A stretch of 62,300 bases of DNA, the filler included, from Choristocarpus tenellus KU-1152 (Eukaryota > Protista > Phaeophyceae), in NCBI GenBank assembly GCA_964200185.2. It is 12 parts of 12 records of this genome, joined end to end, with 100 filler letters (N's around TTAATTAATTAA, not from the genome) between each part and the next. Parts side by side here need not be neighbours in the genome. Positions count along the whole stretch, not along the records: positions 1 to 3,671 come from CAXNAD020018602.1; positions 3,772 to 8,449 come from CAXNAD020013498.1; positions 8,550 to 12,440 come from CAXNAD020017324.1; positions 12,541 to 16,650 come from CAXNAD020016159.1; 8 more parts are not named here. One strand, 5' to 3'. Positions 1 to 12,598 of this stretch are shown here, piece by piece; positions within the stretch are counted from its first letter, which is position 1; every line of letters begins with the position of its first letter. Below the pieces are notes generated by a model. It was not told where the DNA came from, did no database searches, and saw nothing but the letters and a program-made list of their open reading frames with translations. Both the position numbers and the translations under genes were made by a program.

Positions 1-238
1 CCCAACCCCACCCCCACATGCCTCCACCGCCACTACTATATTTTTCTTTTCTTTATATATATGTTTTTTTTTTCCCGTGTACTTTGGAATACACTGCAAT
101 TTCCTCTTCTAAGTACGCATTTGCTTACAGATGCACTAATTTAATTACTACTCTTGCTTCTGCTAACTCTACAGCACTCACGTCATACCCCCCACCCTTT
201 CCCTCCACACTCCATTTTCACATCTCCCCTCTGGTCAG

Positions 239-1504
239 TGATATGGAGTCTGTCGATGCGTTGATAACTGGAATAAATAGCTACAGGGGTGGGGTGGTAC
301 TGGTCAGCCATGATGCTAGGCTTATATCTGCCACGGAGTGTGAAGTGTGGGTTTGTGAAGGAGATGCACAGGTGGGTTATTTGAGAGTGTTTGTCCATCT
401 CTCTAATAGGAGCTCACTGGGGGGGGGGGGGGTGGTAACGATTGGGTGTTTTTTGTATGGATTGAGTGTGTCAAGATTATGCTTTAAATTCATGTGGGAA
501 AATACTTATTAAGGAAACAAACAGATTGAATAACGGGATAATTGATAGGAATCTCTCTCTTGGGTGACCAAGAGAACATTATCCGGGTTATTACAGTACC
601 ATAAGAAGAATCCTAGGAAAGGAATGTTGTAGCAAGTATCACAAATTGAATTAATGATCACGGATGAGTGAAAGGTCTACCAACCCCCCCCCCACACTTG
701 GATGGTGTTTCTCACTCCAGCATTCTACCTACTACAACATAACTGAGGAGGAACTAATCTACGTATTTCAATATCAAGACTTAGGATCCTGCACATTCCT
801 TAACAGAGTGTTTGGGAGAGGCTGTGTAGAATAACTCCCTGTAGTTTGAGAGGGATGATTGAAGGTTGTTACCTCCTCTGTGTTAGTGCTACATGTTGTA
901 TTCAGCCTCAGTCTCTACAGCCACCTGCATTCACTCACCTTCCACCATTCGTTCACGTATTTTGAGGGGGCTTGCATGACGAAATTTCTGACCAACACAC
1001 TGATTTTGTCGGACTGTTCCAACATTCTCTTCGCACTGACGCCCCTATTCAGATTTTTTTTTTTCTTTCTTTTTTTAAGTTGTAACACACCACACCCCTT
1101 CTAACAACACACACACAAACACACACAGTACCTTCTAACCTAACCCCACGCACCAAATTCCCCTGCATTGCCTTCAGGTAAAAGTGCACAAGCAGGGATT
1201 TGAACACTACCGACTGTCCCTCCTCCGACAGATGGCGCTTCGAGAAGCTAAGGTAGAGGCAGCGGCGGCAATCCTGGCAGCCCAGCGTGCCAAGGACAGG
1301 GCAGATCGGGTGGGGCGGCACTCGAGGCGGGGAGCTCGGGCGCACCTCTCAGGTCTAACAGTAGGAGGAGATGGTGGGAAGATAGGAACGGGCAGGGGGG
1401 GGAGGGGGGAGGAGGAGACAGAGGCCAAAAAAGAGGAGGAAAGGAGGAAGCAGTCTGTGGCCTCTGTGTTTGTAGGGAAGAAGGGGAACCGAAAGAGGCA
1501 CTAG
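239..1504 (+). CDS. ABC-F family ATPase, 3' end (exons 239-371 and 1178-1504)
   Basis: Exon 239-371 (cag|...|gtggg) reads [44 protein letters not shown], the D-loop to H-loop (VSHD) segment of the second NBD of ABC-F proteins. It joins in phase 0 to exon 1178-1504 ([12 protein letters not shown]...), which ends at TAG. The 5' part is outside the window. Confidence 0.8.
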
Positions 1505-3671
1505 CTTGCTTGGCGACTTCGAGCAAGTCCTGACCCTCTACATGAAGAGATAGATGCCAACAAGTGGGAGGACAAGAATAGGTTTTTGGTAGTACTGAAG
1601 TAGTTCACCAAAATGTGAGGGGTTTGGTGGAGTGATTGGATGTGATACTGGCAATGCTTTTGTGCGTGTAGAGTAACTGTGGGTTCGCTTGGGAGTGCTT
1701 CGTTTTTGTGTTGGTGAGGGAGGATATTTTATATTTATGTTTATGTTTATGTGTGTGTGTGTTATTGTAAGGCAGGAGGGCGAGGGGGAGATAAGAGTCT
1801 TTAGCGGAGTGATTCAACATTTTTTTTTTTGTGATCTCTATAATGGTTGTAGTCTGATACTCTAGCCTTTAGTGCAACATGTTTATGATAGGGATGCTGT
1901 GTGTGGTATTACAACTGAAAGACAAGGAATTTTCATTTGATTTTGTTTCCTTAAGAATTACGAGTTGTTGTAGGGCTCTAGTGTTCGAGAATGTGGGGGG
2001 GAGGGGGGGGGGGGGGGGGGGAAGGAGGGTTTGTTCTTCCCTCTGATCATGCCCATCTTCTGTCATTTTTCCTTTGTATCCACATCCAGGTGAAGTAGTC
2101 TTCCAGTATTATCTCTCCTCAATCCAGCAATCAAAACGTAGAGCAGTTCAACATGATGTATGGAGGTGCTCCAAGATACTTATGCGTGTATTGCTCACAT
2201 AGGACTCAATGTTTCAAGTGTAAGGGATTGGCTTGAACCTAAAATGTATGCTCCTGCTACAGTCTTCCTACTGATACATGTACACCCCCAAAACATTCCA
2301 CCAGCAGGGTTTGAGGCCCCTGCCTGAAGGAATCACGGGGATCTGATCATTTTGATTTGCACAAGTCAACGAAGAATAATCAAGCTCACAATAAAAAAAA
2401 GAATCAGTTAATTATTTCATTGTACATATAGGCGCTGCATGATGCCCTTAAAGCTTTCTCCCAGTGCTCGACGTTTCGTCATGGCCACCTCTCACTTGCA
2501 TGGCACACGCTTTGGTCCAGTAAGTTTAGTCGAATCAGTCCTCCAAGTTGATTTTAATGAAACATGAAATATATATATATTTTCTGTAAATATTACAAAA
2601 TAAATTACAGAGTAGTTCACACAACACTGCAAGAAGGCACATTCGTTAAGTCTCTGTTGATGTTTAGGTCAACATGGATCAGCATCTGATTCATAATCAA
2701 TTGCAACAACAACACCGATCCTTCTGCTTCAACCCTAACCCTAACCCCTTACTGAATAGTACCAATGTGCAATCATTTTCTACGTTTGTGTCATTGGTAT
2801 CAGCTCTTCTTGTGACCCTCTGGAAATGACGAGGCTGCTTCTATTTTCTGTACCCAATCATGTGATCTAGGAATGTCTGCTTTCGTTTTTCAAATTATAT
2901 TATTTTATACTTGCGACAAACCGACATTCAGATTTTGAAATATGCAAAAGTTCATGTTATTAGCCGGTGGTTTGGTTTGGGGGGAAACCACTTCAGGGTG
3001 AAGCACAAAGAAGATAGGGATAGGACCCTGAGGTTGAAGAGAAGATCGCTGAAGCAATATAACAGGAAGGTTTCGCAATCAATTCATGAGTTGTTGAGCG
3101 CTAAGAGGATGCCTTCATCAGTCTTCAGATCTATAGCCAAGTCATCGTCGTTAGTTTGGCGACAATGCATGTAACACTACGTACGTGCACATCTCTAGAC
3201 AGTCCAGTTCAAGTATCACTTGCGACAACAGCCACCACAAGCTGATTCTGCAGACACTGGAGACATGGATGGCATCATGGAAGACGACGATGAGGTATCA
3301 GAACGTTTGGGAGTCATGTCCATCAAGGTACGATGATGGCACAAGAATATCAACCACTGAGGGTCAGTTGTTGCTTGAGGAGGGTGATTGCACTGGTTCT
3401 AGTGGTGATGCATAAGGTGGTGCCTGGTCTTCCTGAAGTATTTCTCAGCCATATTATCAATGCATCACAAGTGCAAGGTACATAGTAGTTCTATCATTCT
3501 ACAGTAGAATAGCATCAAAATTGAGGATGGGCAAGGCCCGGAATGGTGGGCGGAAAGTGCATATATATTTTTGGTCAAAAATATTTTGATGCTTGTGGAG
3601 GGCCCCGCTGCAATTTGGAAGCGACCTCGACCAAGCCAAAGGTGCAAGGACAGACGGGCCCCCCGGGGGGG

Positions 3672-3771
3672 NNNNNNNNNNNNNNNNNNNNNNNNNNNNN
3701 NNNNNNNNNNNNNNNTTAATTAATTAANNNNNNNNNNNNNNNNNNNNNNNNNNNNNNNNNNNNNNNNNNNN
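3672..3771. other. Artificial contig linker N44-TTAATTAATTAA-N44 (11 copies in window)
   Basis: Identical 100-bp spacer with stops in all six frames at 3672-3771, 8450-8549, 12441-12540, 16651-16750, 19731-19830, 32561-32660, 36123-36222, 41484-41583, 49704-49803, 52870-52969 and 58755-58854. Confidence 0.97.
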
Positions 3772-3952
3772 ATTGATTCCCCAGCTCACCACGATTAAGC
3801 ATTCGCTTCGACGATTGATTTTCCAGCTCGCCACGATTAAGCAGTCGCTTCGACGATTGATTTCCCAGCTGGCCACGATTAATTATTTGCTTCGACGATT
3901 GATTTCCCAGCTGACCACGATTAATTATTTGCTTCGACGATTGATTCCCAGC
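3772..3952. repeat. 42-bp tandem minisatellite (~4.3 units), followed by a degenerate CCCTAA motif
   Basis: Unit ~ATTGATTTCCCAGCTCGCCACGATTAAGCAGTCGCTTCGACG; gives a 14-aa periodic spurious ORF; truncated by the contig start. Confidence 0.9.
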
Positions 3953-4234
3953 TAACCCTAACTCTAATTACTACAAAACCGATATTATACCATATAGATT
4001 CTGTGCCGCTTTTTTAGAGCATACCCATGGGTGAACAAAATCGGGGTAGGTACTGTATATATTTGTCTTCATACATATATGCTGCTATTCAAAATATATT
4101 ACTACTATACAAATATCCGCGTTCTCAGTAAAGTAATTGGTCAGTCCGCCTTCAAGAGATATTGCAGGGGTGTTCTTCGAGTGTTCCTTCGCAATAACTC
4201 CTCACTTGCCCACACAACCAACATTTTTTATTAG

Positions 4235-7200
4235 GAGCTATACATGGATTTTTGCAAAGAGGCGATACGGGTGTATCCTGACGACCCTTCCTAGCGGGTA
4301 AGCAAGGAGTACTTCCTACGATTGCTCAGAGAGGACAGGCCCAACATGCGGTTGAGGGTAGGAGGCGAGTTTATGAAATGTGACATATGTGTCACGTTAA
4401 AAGAGAAGTGGCACGGTGCGCCTGGTGTAAAACCCACCAACGACTCCACCGTCATCGAGTCCATCGATAAGGAGCTGTCAGACCATCGAGAGGTAGGTGT
4501 CCAGCGTTAATTTTGCATCAAGCATACAGTGGCGAAAGGTCGTCGTCATTACCCTCCTAACCCTAAGTAAACCCGTGTCCTTTTGCGAATGGAGACTCCC
4601 ACGTAGGTGTTTATGGCAGCAACAGTAGCCTCACTCACCACAAAACTTGCTGTTATTAGCTGCCCAAACACCTTGTAAGACAGACCGCTTCCTCATAGTG
4701 TACTGCGTGATATGGGAGGGACAGGTCATGTAGCTGATTTCCGGCCCGGTACGTGCGTACTTCCTACCATCCCGATAACTTGGTGTTTGTTTTGAACACA
4801 GCAATAAAAAACATATCCCAATATTAACATCTGTTGATACCCAGACTACATTTTTGCTACTAACCAACCTGGTACATGTTAAATGGCGGCATTTTTTTTT
4901 AAGACTCTTAGCAGATTTATTTGATTAATTCACGTGATGATGTGAGTCAAAGTATCTTAGAGGGTAGAGTCGCGTCCTTTTGGGGGCAAAAACCCAATGT
5001 TGCGATTTTGATATAATTTTGGGTATCATGCTTGTTAGGAAGTGTAATTATGCTTGTTCCGGACACACCTTTTCAAAAGGTATACATTATATCTGCTCCG
5101 AAACATTTTGGAGTAGGAAAATGTCATTGAAAAACCCGTGGGAATCCAAACCCCAAATGGACAAAAAGGGCAAAATTCGTACCCTCTAAGATACTTTCAC
5201 TCTGTTGCTGTCCCCCTTTCGCCAGATTATCAAAGCGGATCGACTGGTAATCGCCAACAGCACCAGCAACGCCATGCGGGCCAAAGCCGACGGCAAACCT
5301 CTCGATTTCGTGTTCATGTCCGTAGACGCTGCGAACCAGACAGCACTCGCCCTCCCAGCACTTTACCCACCTACCCACGGCGGTGACAGGTAACCACACG
5401 CACGCACAGTCCATCCGACAAGAACTTTGCAGCCACACGCGGAACAGAATAGACGAAGTTGTTTTATCCTACGGATGAGTGAAAAGTCCCAAGAAATAAT
5501 CGCCAAAACAAACGCACATAATTCCACTACCTATCCAGTTCATCATGATGACCTTTCTTTACGTGTTCCTTTCGTTCATGTCCCCCTTATCAGGGGCTAC
5601 TCCGAGCGCCAGAAGATCATGGCCGCACACGTCGAAGGCCAGTTCGCGGCGGTGTTCTTCACTCCTATCAATCTTGGAGGAGGTACGTACTGTAGGGTAG
5701 CGTAAGAAGAGCTAATCAACGGGTAGTGGAGATCGCAGACATGTGCATCAGCCGTATGGGTGTATGTCCTCTACACTGCATAAACAAACTATATTATCCC
5801 TCTTTTTAGCTCCAAATAAACAATGCGTAAATGAGCGGATTACTTTTCACCAACAGTTGTTTAACATCATTGTTCGCGCAGGTTGCAACCTTGTCTGCAC
5901 AGCCACACACCTGGCCTTCACAAGGCTTATCGACAAGTACCTCAACAGCCCTCATGACTGTGGGAATTGCATCATCCAGCACGCGCATTGGCAGGTAAGA
6001 AGGTTTCACCCTGACACGACCTACTCAACACAGCCTTGCTGAATACCAGTCACCCAGTAACTATCTGCACGGTGTGTAGTTTTGGTTTGTGTGTTGCAAC
6101 CTGCATGTATTATGGCGGTGATGTACAGATTGCGCTCTAGCAATACTGTAAACCTACCCTGTTCCTTAACGAAACGCGACGAAATAGGCTAACATATTGG
6201 CCTCACGCCCATCCCTCCCTCGCTCCCAACTCCCCAAACTAGCCAGGTCGACAACTGCGTCTCAGAGAACAAGAACAATTTCTTTCTCAGATACGCGGGG
6301 CTGTTGGTTGCGGCAAGTGTCATTCGTGTTGTCGAGATACATTTTATGATGGTGGGGCACACGCACATCAAAATCGATCAGATCTTCTCCAGGTAATTAG
6401 GCAATATATATATGCAAGTTCGATAGCCACATAGTGCTTTTCTATGGACAGATACAGCCTCGAGGCTTGAAGCTCACGCTTTTTGCATTCCTGGAAGGTT
6501 TATGGCCGTACGCTGTAATTGATCGATGGGCTTTTGATTTTCCCACAACAAAATTTAACAATAAGAGCAGCTGCCAAAACTGTTTCGCGACATACTCTGG
6601 AAACAAAACAATGAAAAAAAATGTACACATCACGAAATTTCATATTGATTTTTCCATATACATGCATCAGAGCATGTGCCTGCATATATATCCTGCTTAT
6701 CCACTTCACTTCTTTCACCCCCGCCTCGAAATTAACTTGCTTGCATGCATTTCACCTTCAGGTTCTCACGCGGAATAAAAGGGAAAAACATATTCACGAG
6801 AACACAGCTGGGTGAAGAGCTGCAGGCCTCTTACACGGCAGTTCCAGTATACTACAAGACCCTGAGGAACGAGGGCAATTTCAAGGGACTCCTTCGCGGT
6901 CGCGTCAACCGTGTCCCCAGTATCACGAGCTACAGGGCTTTCCGTGTTGAAAAAGGCGGTGATGGGCGGGTGAAGGTTAGCGTTAAGCGATACATGCACA
7001 ACACGGTCGAGTGGGATAGGCGGAGATCTTGCTATGGGCCCCAACGCCTCTCCGCACGACGTCTTCATCGGCTACCCGCCTCGTATCCAAGATGCACCAC
7101 CCTACCAGCTCAAGAGCGTTCCCAAAGACGTCATCCTGAAGGTGGAGCAGCGGTACCAGGCGTCGCACGAGCGCCTCCCTGCTGCGTACCCACTGGGTAA

Positions 7201-8449
7201 GTCGATTTTTTTGTGAGGGGAGTTGATAGCTAATTTTGGTATTCGGTGGCAACCAAAAAAATTAGGTGCAAGTTTTGTACGAGGCAGCATTTGCAGCCCT
7301 TAGAAAATAAAATCTTGAAAAATATTGCATTATCATGTGTAGTGATCGTCGCATGTTACAATAAAAATTACCATAGATTACTCCCCATAAATGTTTTGTG
7401 GGTACCGGTCTTATACTCAACAGAGACGATTCCGACGAAATATACACCATCCCTCTCACCGCATGCTCCCCGAGCGCATTTGTGAAACCTCACGCCTGGT
7501 AACAAAGTAACATTCGTACATCCATACCGTTGATGTCCTCATGCTCATGTATTCTACCTTTGCAGATGGTGAAGCCGTTCAGAGAGTGAAACACGAGCAA
7601 AGCGAGTCTGTGCGACTTCTCCAAAAGACAGGGGAACGAGATTTCAACCTCCCAGTCCATTGGCTTCCCACCGATGACGATGGCGCTGGAACTAGCACTA
7701 GCGACATCGAAGACAATGACCAGGGCGAACGTTCGGGTGGGGGGGATAATCTCGTTGATAGTGACAATGATCTCGGCGGGCTTGAGGAAGCACACTCTTC
7801 CTCATCGGACAGGGACAAGGAAGAACCTGGCTCCCGTCGACGGGGTTGGCTTCGTACTACGTTGACATCGGGGAACCATGGAAACCTAGTCTCAGTGCAG
7901 GAAGGCAGGTTTGCTTTTTTTGTGGCAACAGAGGCACCGCTCTTGGTTGGCAAGATCCTAGCGGAGCGCGTCGGCGAGGACGGGGAGGGTGGGGTGGATA
8001 TTCATTGGCTTTGACCGACCAGTGATCACACACGTGACAATGCCGCGACCCTAACCCTTGAGAAATATGGCAAAAGTAGTTTTGTAGAAGGCTGGGTGCA
8101 CGCTGGTGATAGATCCGGGCGAGGTGGGAAACAGAAGCGAGTTAAAGACGTTAGCTGGGAACCCTTGGCGGTTATTGTTTGGACTTGAGAGAAACTTGTT
8201 GGGAACGGCAAGAAGATTCCTACCAAGGTCTTAGCAGTTCTACGATCTGCTATCGAGGCGAGGGAAAGGGAGGATTTTGTGAGAGAGGGACGGAACACTA
8301 CATTGAAGGGACGAGGAGAGGAGAGGGGGAGGGAGAATGGGGACGAAAGGGAAGACAACACCGGCGACGACAAGGAGGAGGACGAGGAGCAGCAGAAGGA
8401 AGACAAGGACAACGAGGACGAAAATGATAAGGAGAACATCGGTATGGGG
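4235..8449 (+). pseudogene. Intron-containing RNase H-like DDD/E transposase pseudogene (DUF7869-type, Sola-like)
   Basis: Seven GT-AG exons with compatible phases: 4235-4492, 5226-5389, 5594-5682, 5882-5994, 6247-6392, 6762-7196, 7566->8449. Motifs: FMKCDIC...H, MSVDAANQT, GCNL, VDNCVSENKN, FMMVGHTHIKIDQIFSR, acidic tail. Lesions: TAG 4292-4294, frameshift near 7015, TGA 8012-8014 and 8186-8188. Confidence 0.8.
4944..5202 (+). mobile_element. MITE family A, full copy, inside transposase intron 1
   Basis: TIRs GAGTCAAAGTATCTTAGAGGGTA ... TACCCTCTAAGATACTTTCACTC; flanks ATGT/TGTT (imperfect TSD). Confidence 0.9.
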
Positions 8450-8834
8450 NNNNNNNNNNNNNNNNNNNNNNNNNNNNNNNNNNNNNNNNNNNNTTAATTA
8501 ATTAANNNNNNNNNNNNNNNNNNNNNNNNNNNNNNNNNNNNNNNNNNNNCCTACATACACACTCCCCTAAAGCCCCCTTTCATTTTCTTGTAGGAAATAT
8601 TACCTTCCTTCACCGTATCTTTTTTTTTACCTGGTGGTCCAATCAAGTACCACCCTACCGTACTGAAAATTTATTTTTTATTGATTTGGATACTCTTGCT
8701 CGTGGAATCAATAACCCTAACCCTTGCCCCCCAAAAGGCGTGTGAACAGTATAGTGTTTTGACTTGGTTGAAGCTACCGGGATGGCAAGAAAAATAATAC
8801 ACATTGGTCGGTCACTACAGATATATATACTATA

Positions 8835-9178
8835 CTTCCTCTGTGCCATAAGTCTGTTCCTTTATGCGTGTACCTCTTTGGGATGACCTCTGATTTCAAA
8901 ACGGATTTTTGTGTTGTATTCCTCAGAAAAATGTAAGATGGATTGTATTTGAAAAAATATATCCCAAAAATGTTCTGAAAATATGGAACAGAGGTTAGGC
9001 GGGCATATGGGCACAAGAAGGCACTGAATTTTGGTGGATTGACAGCATTGAGTGAAAGCGATGAAAGGTATTCTAATGAAAAAAAAAAAAGAAATCCAAT
9101 GCGAAAATCCGTTTTGAAATCGGAGGTCATCCCGAAGAGGTACATGCATGAAGGAACAGACTTATGGCACAGAGGAAG
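8835..9178. mobile_element. Tc1/mariner (Stowaway-like) MITE
   Basis: ~75-bp TIRs starting CTTCCTCTGTGCCATAAGTCTGTTCC; TA on both sides (8833-8834, 9179-9180). Confidence 0.85.
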
Positions 9179-10438
9179 TACATATTTAGTGCTATCATAA
9201 TACGATAGAGTTTAATTGGTAGGGCTCAATTCTGGTGAGTGGTACAGCATGTGACGGTATGTATTTATTGGAGTAACAGTCAATATTGCAAAAATAACAG
9301 CATTATTGTAAGTGGTTGAGCAGAGTATGGATCACATTATCCTGTAGTTTGTATAGAGGGCAAGTCTCGGCCTACTAAATTGATCATCATGCCTTTTTCA
9401 ACCTTGTCTGTGCCAGTCCCGTTTCTATCCCGGCTATGCATGTATGCTCTATTTGATTCACGCCTACAGCGGCAGATGAGGACCTGGGTGAGGGAGGGTA
9501 TTGTCATGTATCTTAGAGTGGAGGGATGTACGAGTGATTGGAAACGCTAAGAGAATGCTCTCCGTGTCCCTCCCACCGATCCCTATGATTCAACCACACC
9601 CTCCTCTAGGATGCTTTGACTCTTATGGGTATATGCCAACCTCTCTTGGTTGATGTACCTTGACCCAACAGTAGTGATGGTGGTGATGGTGGTGGTGGTG
9701 GTAGTAGTAGCAATGAGGGCAGAGTAAGCTCTGATAGGATCAGAGTAGCCTATCACTGACTGGTTACCTGTACTGACAATGCAACTATGGGTATCTGTGA
9801 TATTAGCTATTCAGGGCAACTCTAACAGTCTTACATCCTGCGAACGATGTAGCGAGCTCTTCGTGCATAATGTACCATCCTGTTTCAGTGCCCTATGTGG
9901 GAGATGGAGGAGTGTGCGTTGCTGCCTTGTGCCACCTTTCTTGACGTCCATATACGGCAGTGTGCTCATGTCAGGGCAGATACTATATAGTGCACTCACT
10001 AGTGTGTGTTGAAATACTACAGGACTGTGTTTTTGAAGGAAATTGATGTTTCATGGAGAGTAGTTATCTGCAGGTGTGTACAGGTGAAATGTGTATATTA
10101 TGCTCAGAATATCCCCGTGTACAAATGTTCTACACCTTCTGTGTGCATGCTTAGAATACCTCTGACCATTTGTTGTATTGGTTTCTACCCACTGCACTAT
10201 CCCCCCCAACAGTAGTAATCCATCACACCTCTCTGTCTCATCCCTGTATCGATCGTGCACACACAAGCCCATAATGCTGCCAACTTTTGCGCAAGGCACA
10301 CACATTGTTTACATACATCCTGGAAGTACAGAGGAGTTCATCAATCAAATCCTTGTTTCTCCTTTCCCCCCACTCCCAAGAAGCACATTTTTCAAACCGT
10401 TAATGACAGTGAAATCTAACTTGAAGCTCATTGCCCAG

Positions 10439-10756
10439 CCCCCTCCTTCCAAGTCGGAGTGGATCCCACGGGCACATCATCCTTCTCAATCTCTTGAATC
10501 CAGTTCTGGGGCAGTGACAGAGACTTCACAGGGACCTGAACCAAGGACCTCAGAGGGGGACAATGGAGCATGGGGGAGGTCAGGGGCAAGGGGAGGCGTT
10601 GTGGGTGGTCTCTCTCCTGAAGTGAAGGCTAGAATGGAGTTGAACAAGAGGATTGCATTGACAAAGCTGGCGGAGAAGCGTGCAAAGGCCCTGAAAGCCT
10701 CTAGGTCACTGGACCACCGGCAGGGTGGGGAGGGGGAAGTCATAGATTTGAACTAA
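10439..10756 (+). CDS. Probable terminal exon with an RPA32-binding-like helix; host gene unidentified
   Basis: After a cag acceptor the frame reads ...GLSPEVKARMELNKRIALTKLAEKRAK...EVIDLN*, resembling the LxxEQxxRIExNKxxALxxR motif of SMARCAL1/TIPIN/UNG2/XPA. Confidence 0.5.
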   Translation, partial: PPPSKSEWIPRAHHPSQSLESSSGAVTETSQGPEPRTSEGDNGAWGRSGARGGVVGGLSPEVKARMELNKRIALTKLAEKRAKALKASRSLDHRQGGEGEVIDLN

Positions 10757-11911
10757 AATTCAACATACTGGGAGGTGTGATAGGGTGTGCTAGGAAATAG
10801 AAGAGTTGAATTGTAAGGATTAGGTGTGTGTGAAACAAGGGTTGGATGCCGGGTATGTTGTATTGTAGGAGGTAGGAAGGAGGTTTTAGCTCCCTGCAGT
10901 GGGGAGAGGGAGGGGGGGAGGTCAGGTATTGCTCTCCCTCTCTAAGGAACTGGCTCTATTGATTGCAGAGGTAGATCGGTAATGAGTGCTAATATGGTTG
11001 TAGCTTCTCGGTTCAATACTGCTGCAGGTGTGACTCTCTGTCAGGGTCTCTTCATATCCAGAAATTGCATTTGACAGAGGGACCAATAGAGGTCTCCGTG
11101 CTTTATTTTACACTACTGTATAGAGCAGGTGTGTGTTACCAAGAGGACTTGGCTGCTATTGTTGTCTACTTAGGCGCTGTTTCTTGTGTCCAGATGCCGG
11201 ATGATTACCATTTCATCTGTGCCGTGGTGAGCTTGTCCAATTTTGTCAACAGAATAGCTACCCCAACCCTACAAACAAACGATAAAGATTTGTTGATTGT
11301 TTGCCCTCTGTAACACATGTATGTCTGTGTTAAATCAATTGAAGCATGGAGCATGGAGAAACTGATATATTAGTGCATACTACGACAAATATATACACTT
11401 TGCTGATGGCCGGAGAAGCTCTCAGGAAGTTGCTGGGGAGGCAGGGGACAGAGATAGTGATTGATCTACCGCAACACACAGTAGTTACACAACAGGTTCA
11501 TCAATGCCAGGAGGAGGCTGGACTTTTTGTTGGGATAAGAGACTGACTATAAAAACCGTAAACCAACTTGGCATTACCCCAACTGGCCTCCTTTGCATAA
11601 GAAATCAATTTTTATTACGGACTGCTCGTGAATGATACCACAGGCGGCCATTGCATCCTTAGTAAGGGGATTGGCAGCCTAGGTGGGGTTTTGTATCAGA
11701 GCCAACACAGGTTTCTTAGGAGTTCACATGTGATACGATAGATCTTGTGCCAACATTTTTGTGCTCACACCAGCATCCATGCAGTTCCTTGGAATCAGTA
11801 TCTGAGGATCTCAATCTCTATCCTTCTGTAGGATCCTCATGGAGCAGACAATACTAGACAGGATCGTAACCAAGGTGGTTGAGAATCACCTCTTCATCTC
11901 CATTAGTGAGG

Positions 11912-12088
11912 CAACAAAGCATCTGGGGAGGGTGGGGGGTCAACACAAAGGTGTTCATTTAGGTCAAAACCAGGAAAAGTGCACTTACATCATCCATTAT
12001 TCGACGTATGCAACCAAATCAACAATCGCGACATGAAAAAATTGATTCCAAATAGACAGCCGCCACCCCCCCCAGATACTTTTGAACC
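11912..12088 (+). mobile_element. MITE family B, diverged copy
   Basis: CAAAGCATCTGGGG ... CCCCCCCAGATACTTTTGAACC; interior similar to the 43563 and 52029 copies. Confidence 0.75.
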
Positions 12089-12269
12089 AGATATTGATCA
12101 TGATGTTGGTAGTGATGGTGCTCTTTGTCTGTGTGTTTGGGGGTTAGGGTTAGCAATTTGGGCATTTTGGTTCATACTAATAATATTATGGTGGAGGAAG
12201 AAGATTTCGTTGACAATAAATAGAGTAGTAATATTGGTATTACGCTGCAAGGAGCAGTTTCCCAAATAA

Positions 12270-12440
12270 CAGCCAATTTCAAAAATTGAGGATGGAGCTT
12301 TTCATTGAGGATGAGGTTGCCCCAAAATTGACTGGGATAAATATAGTGTCGATATATTTTGTTTTGTATTGTCATTTTTTTTTTAAACACATCGACACTT
12401 TATCCCAGTCAATTTTGGGGCAACCTCATCCTCAATGAAA
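12270..12440. mobile_element. Fold-back/MITE family (CAGCC.ATTTCAAAAATTGAGGATG terminus), truncated by contig end
   Basis: Internal inverted arms at ~12300-12350 and ~12391-12440; the same terminus recurs at 58697-58754. Confidence 0.75.
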
Positions 12441-12598
12441 NNNNNNNNNNNNNNNNNNNNNNNNNNNNNNNNNNNNNNNNNNNNTTAATTAATTAANNNN
12501 NNNNNNNNNNNNNNNNNNNNNNNNNNNNNNNNNNNNNNNNCTTGATAACTTGCGCATCATTCTCCTTGACGTCCTATGTGGCAATTCTATTTTAGCAG

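Noticed and set aside
530-551. 22-bp match ATAACGGGATAATTGATAGGAA, also at ~18499-18520
   Set aside because: Probably the remnant of an old dispersed repeat, but boundaries and class cannot be defined from two short hits.
10950-11900. Possible LINE endonuclease (VGVAILL) and Copia RNase H remnants on the minus strand
   Set aside because: Too decayed; only isolated short motif resemblances.
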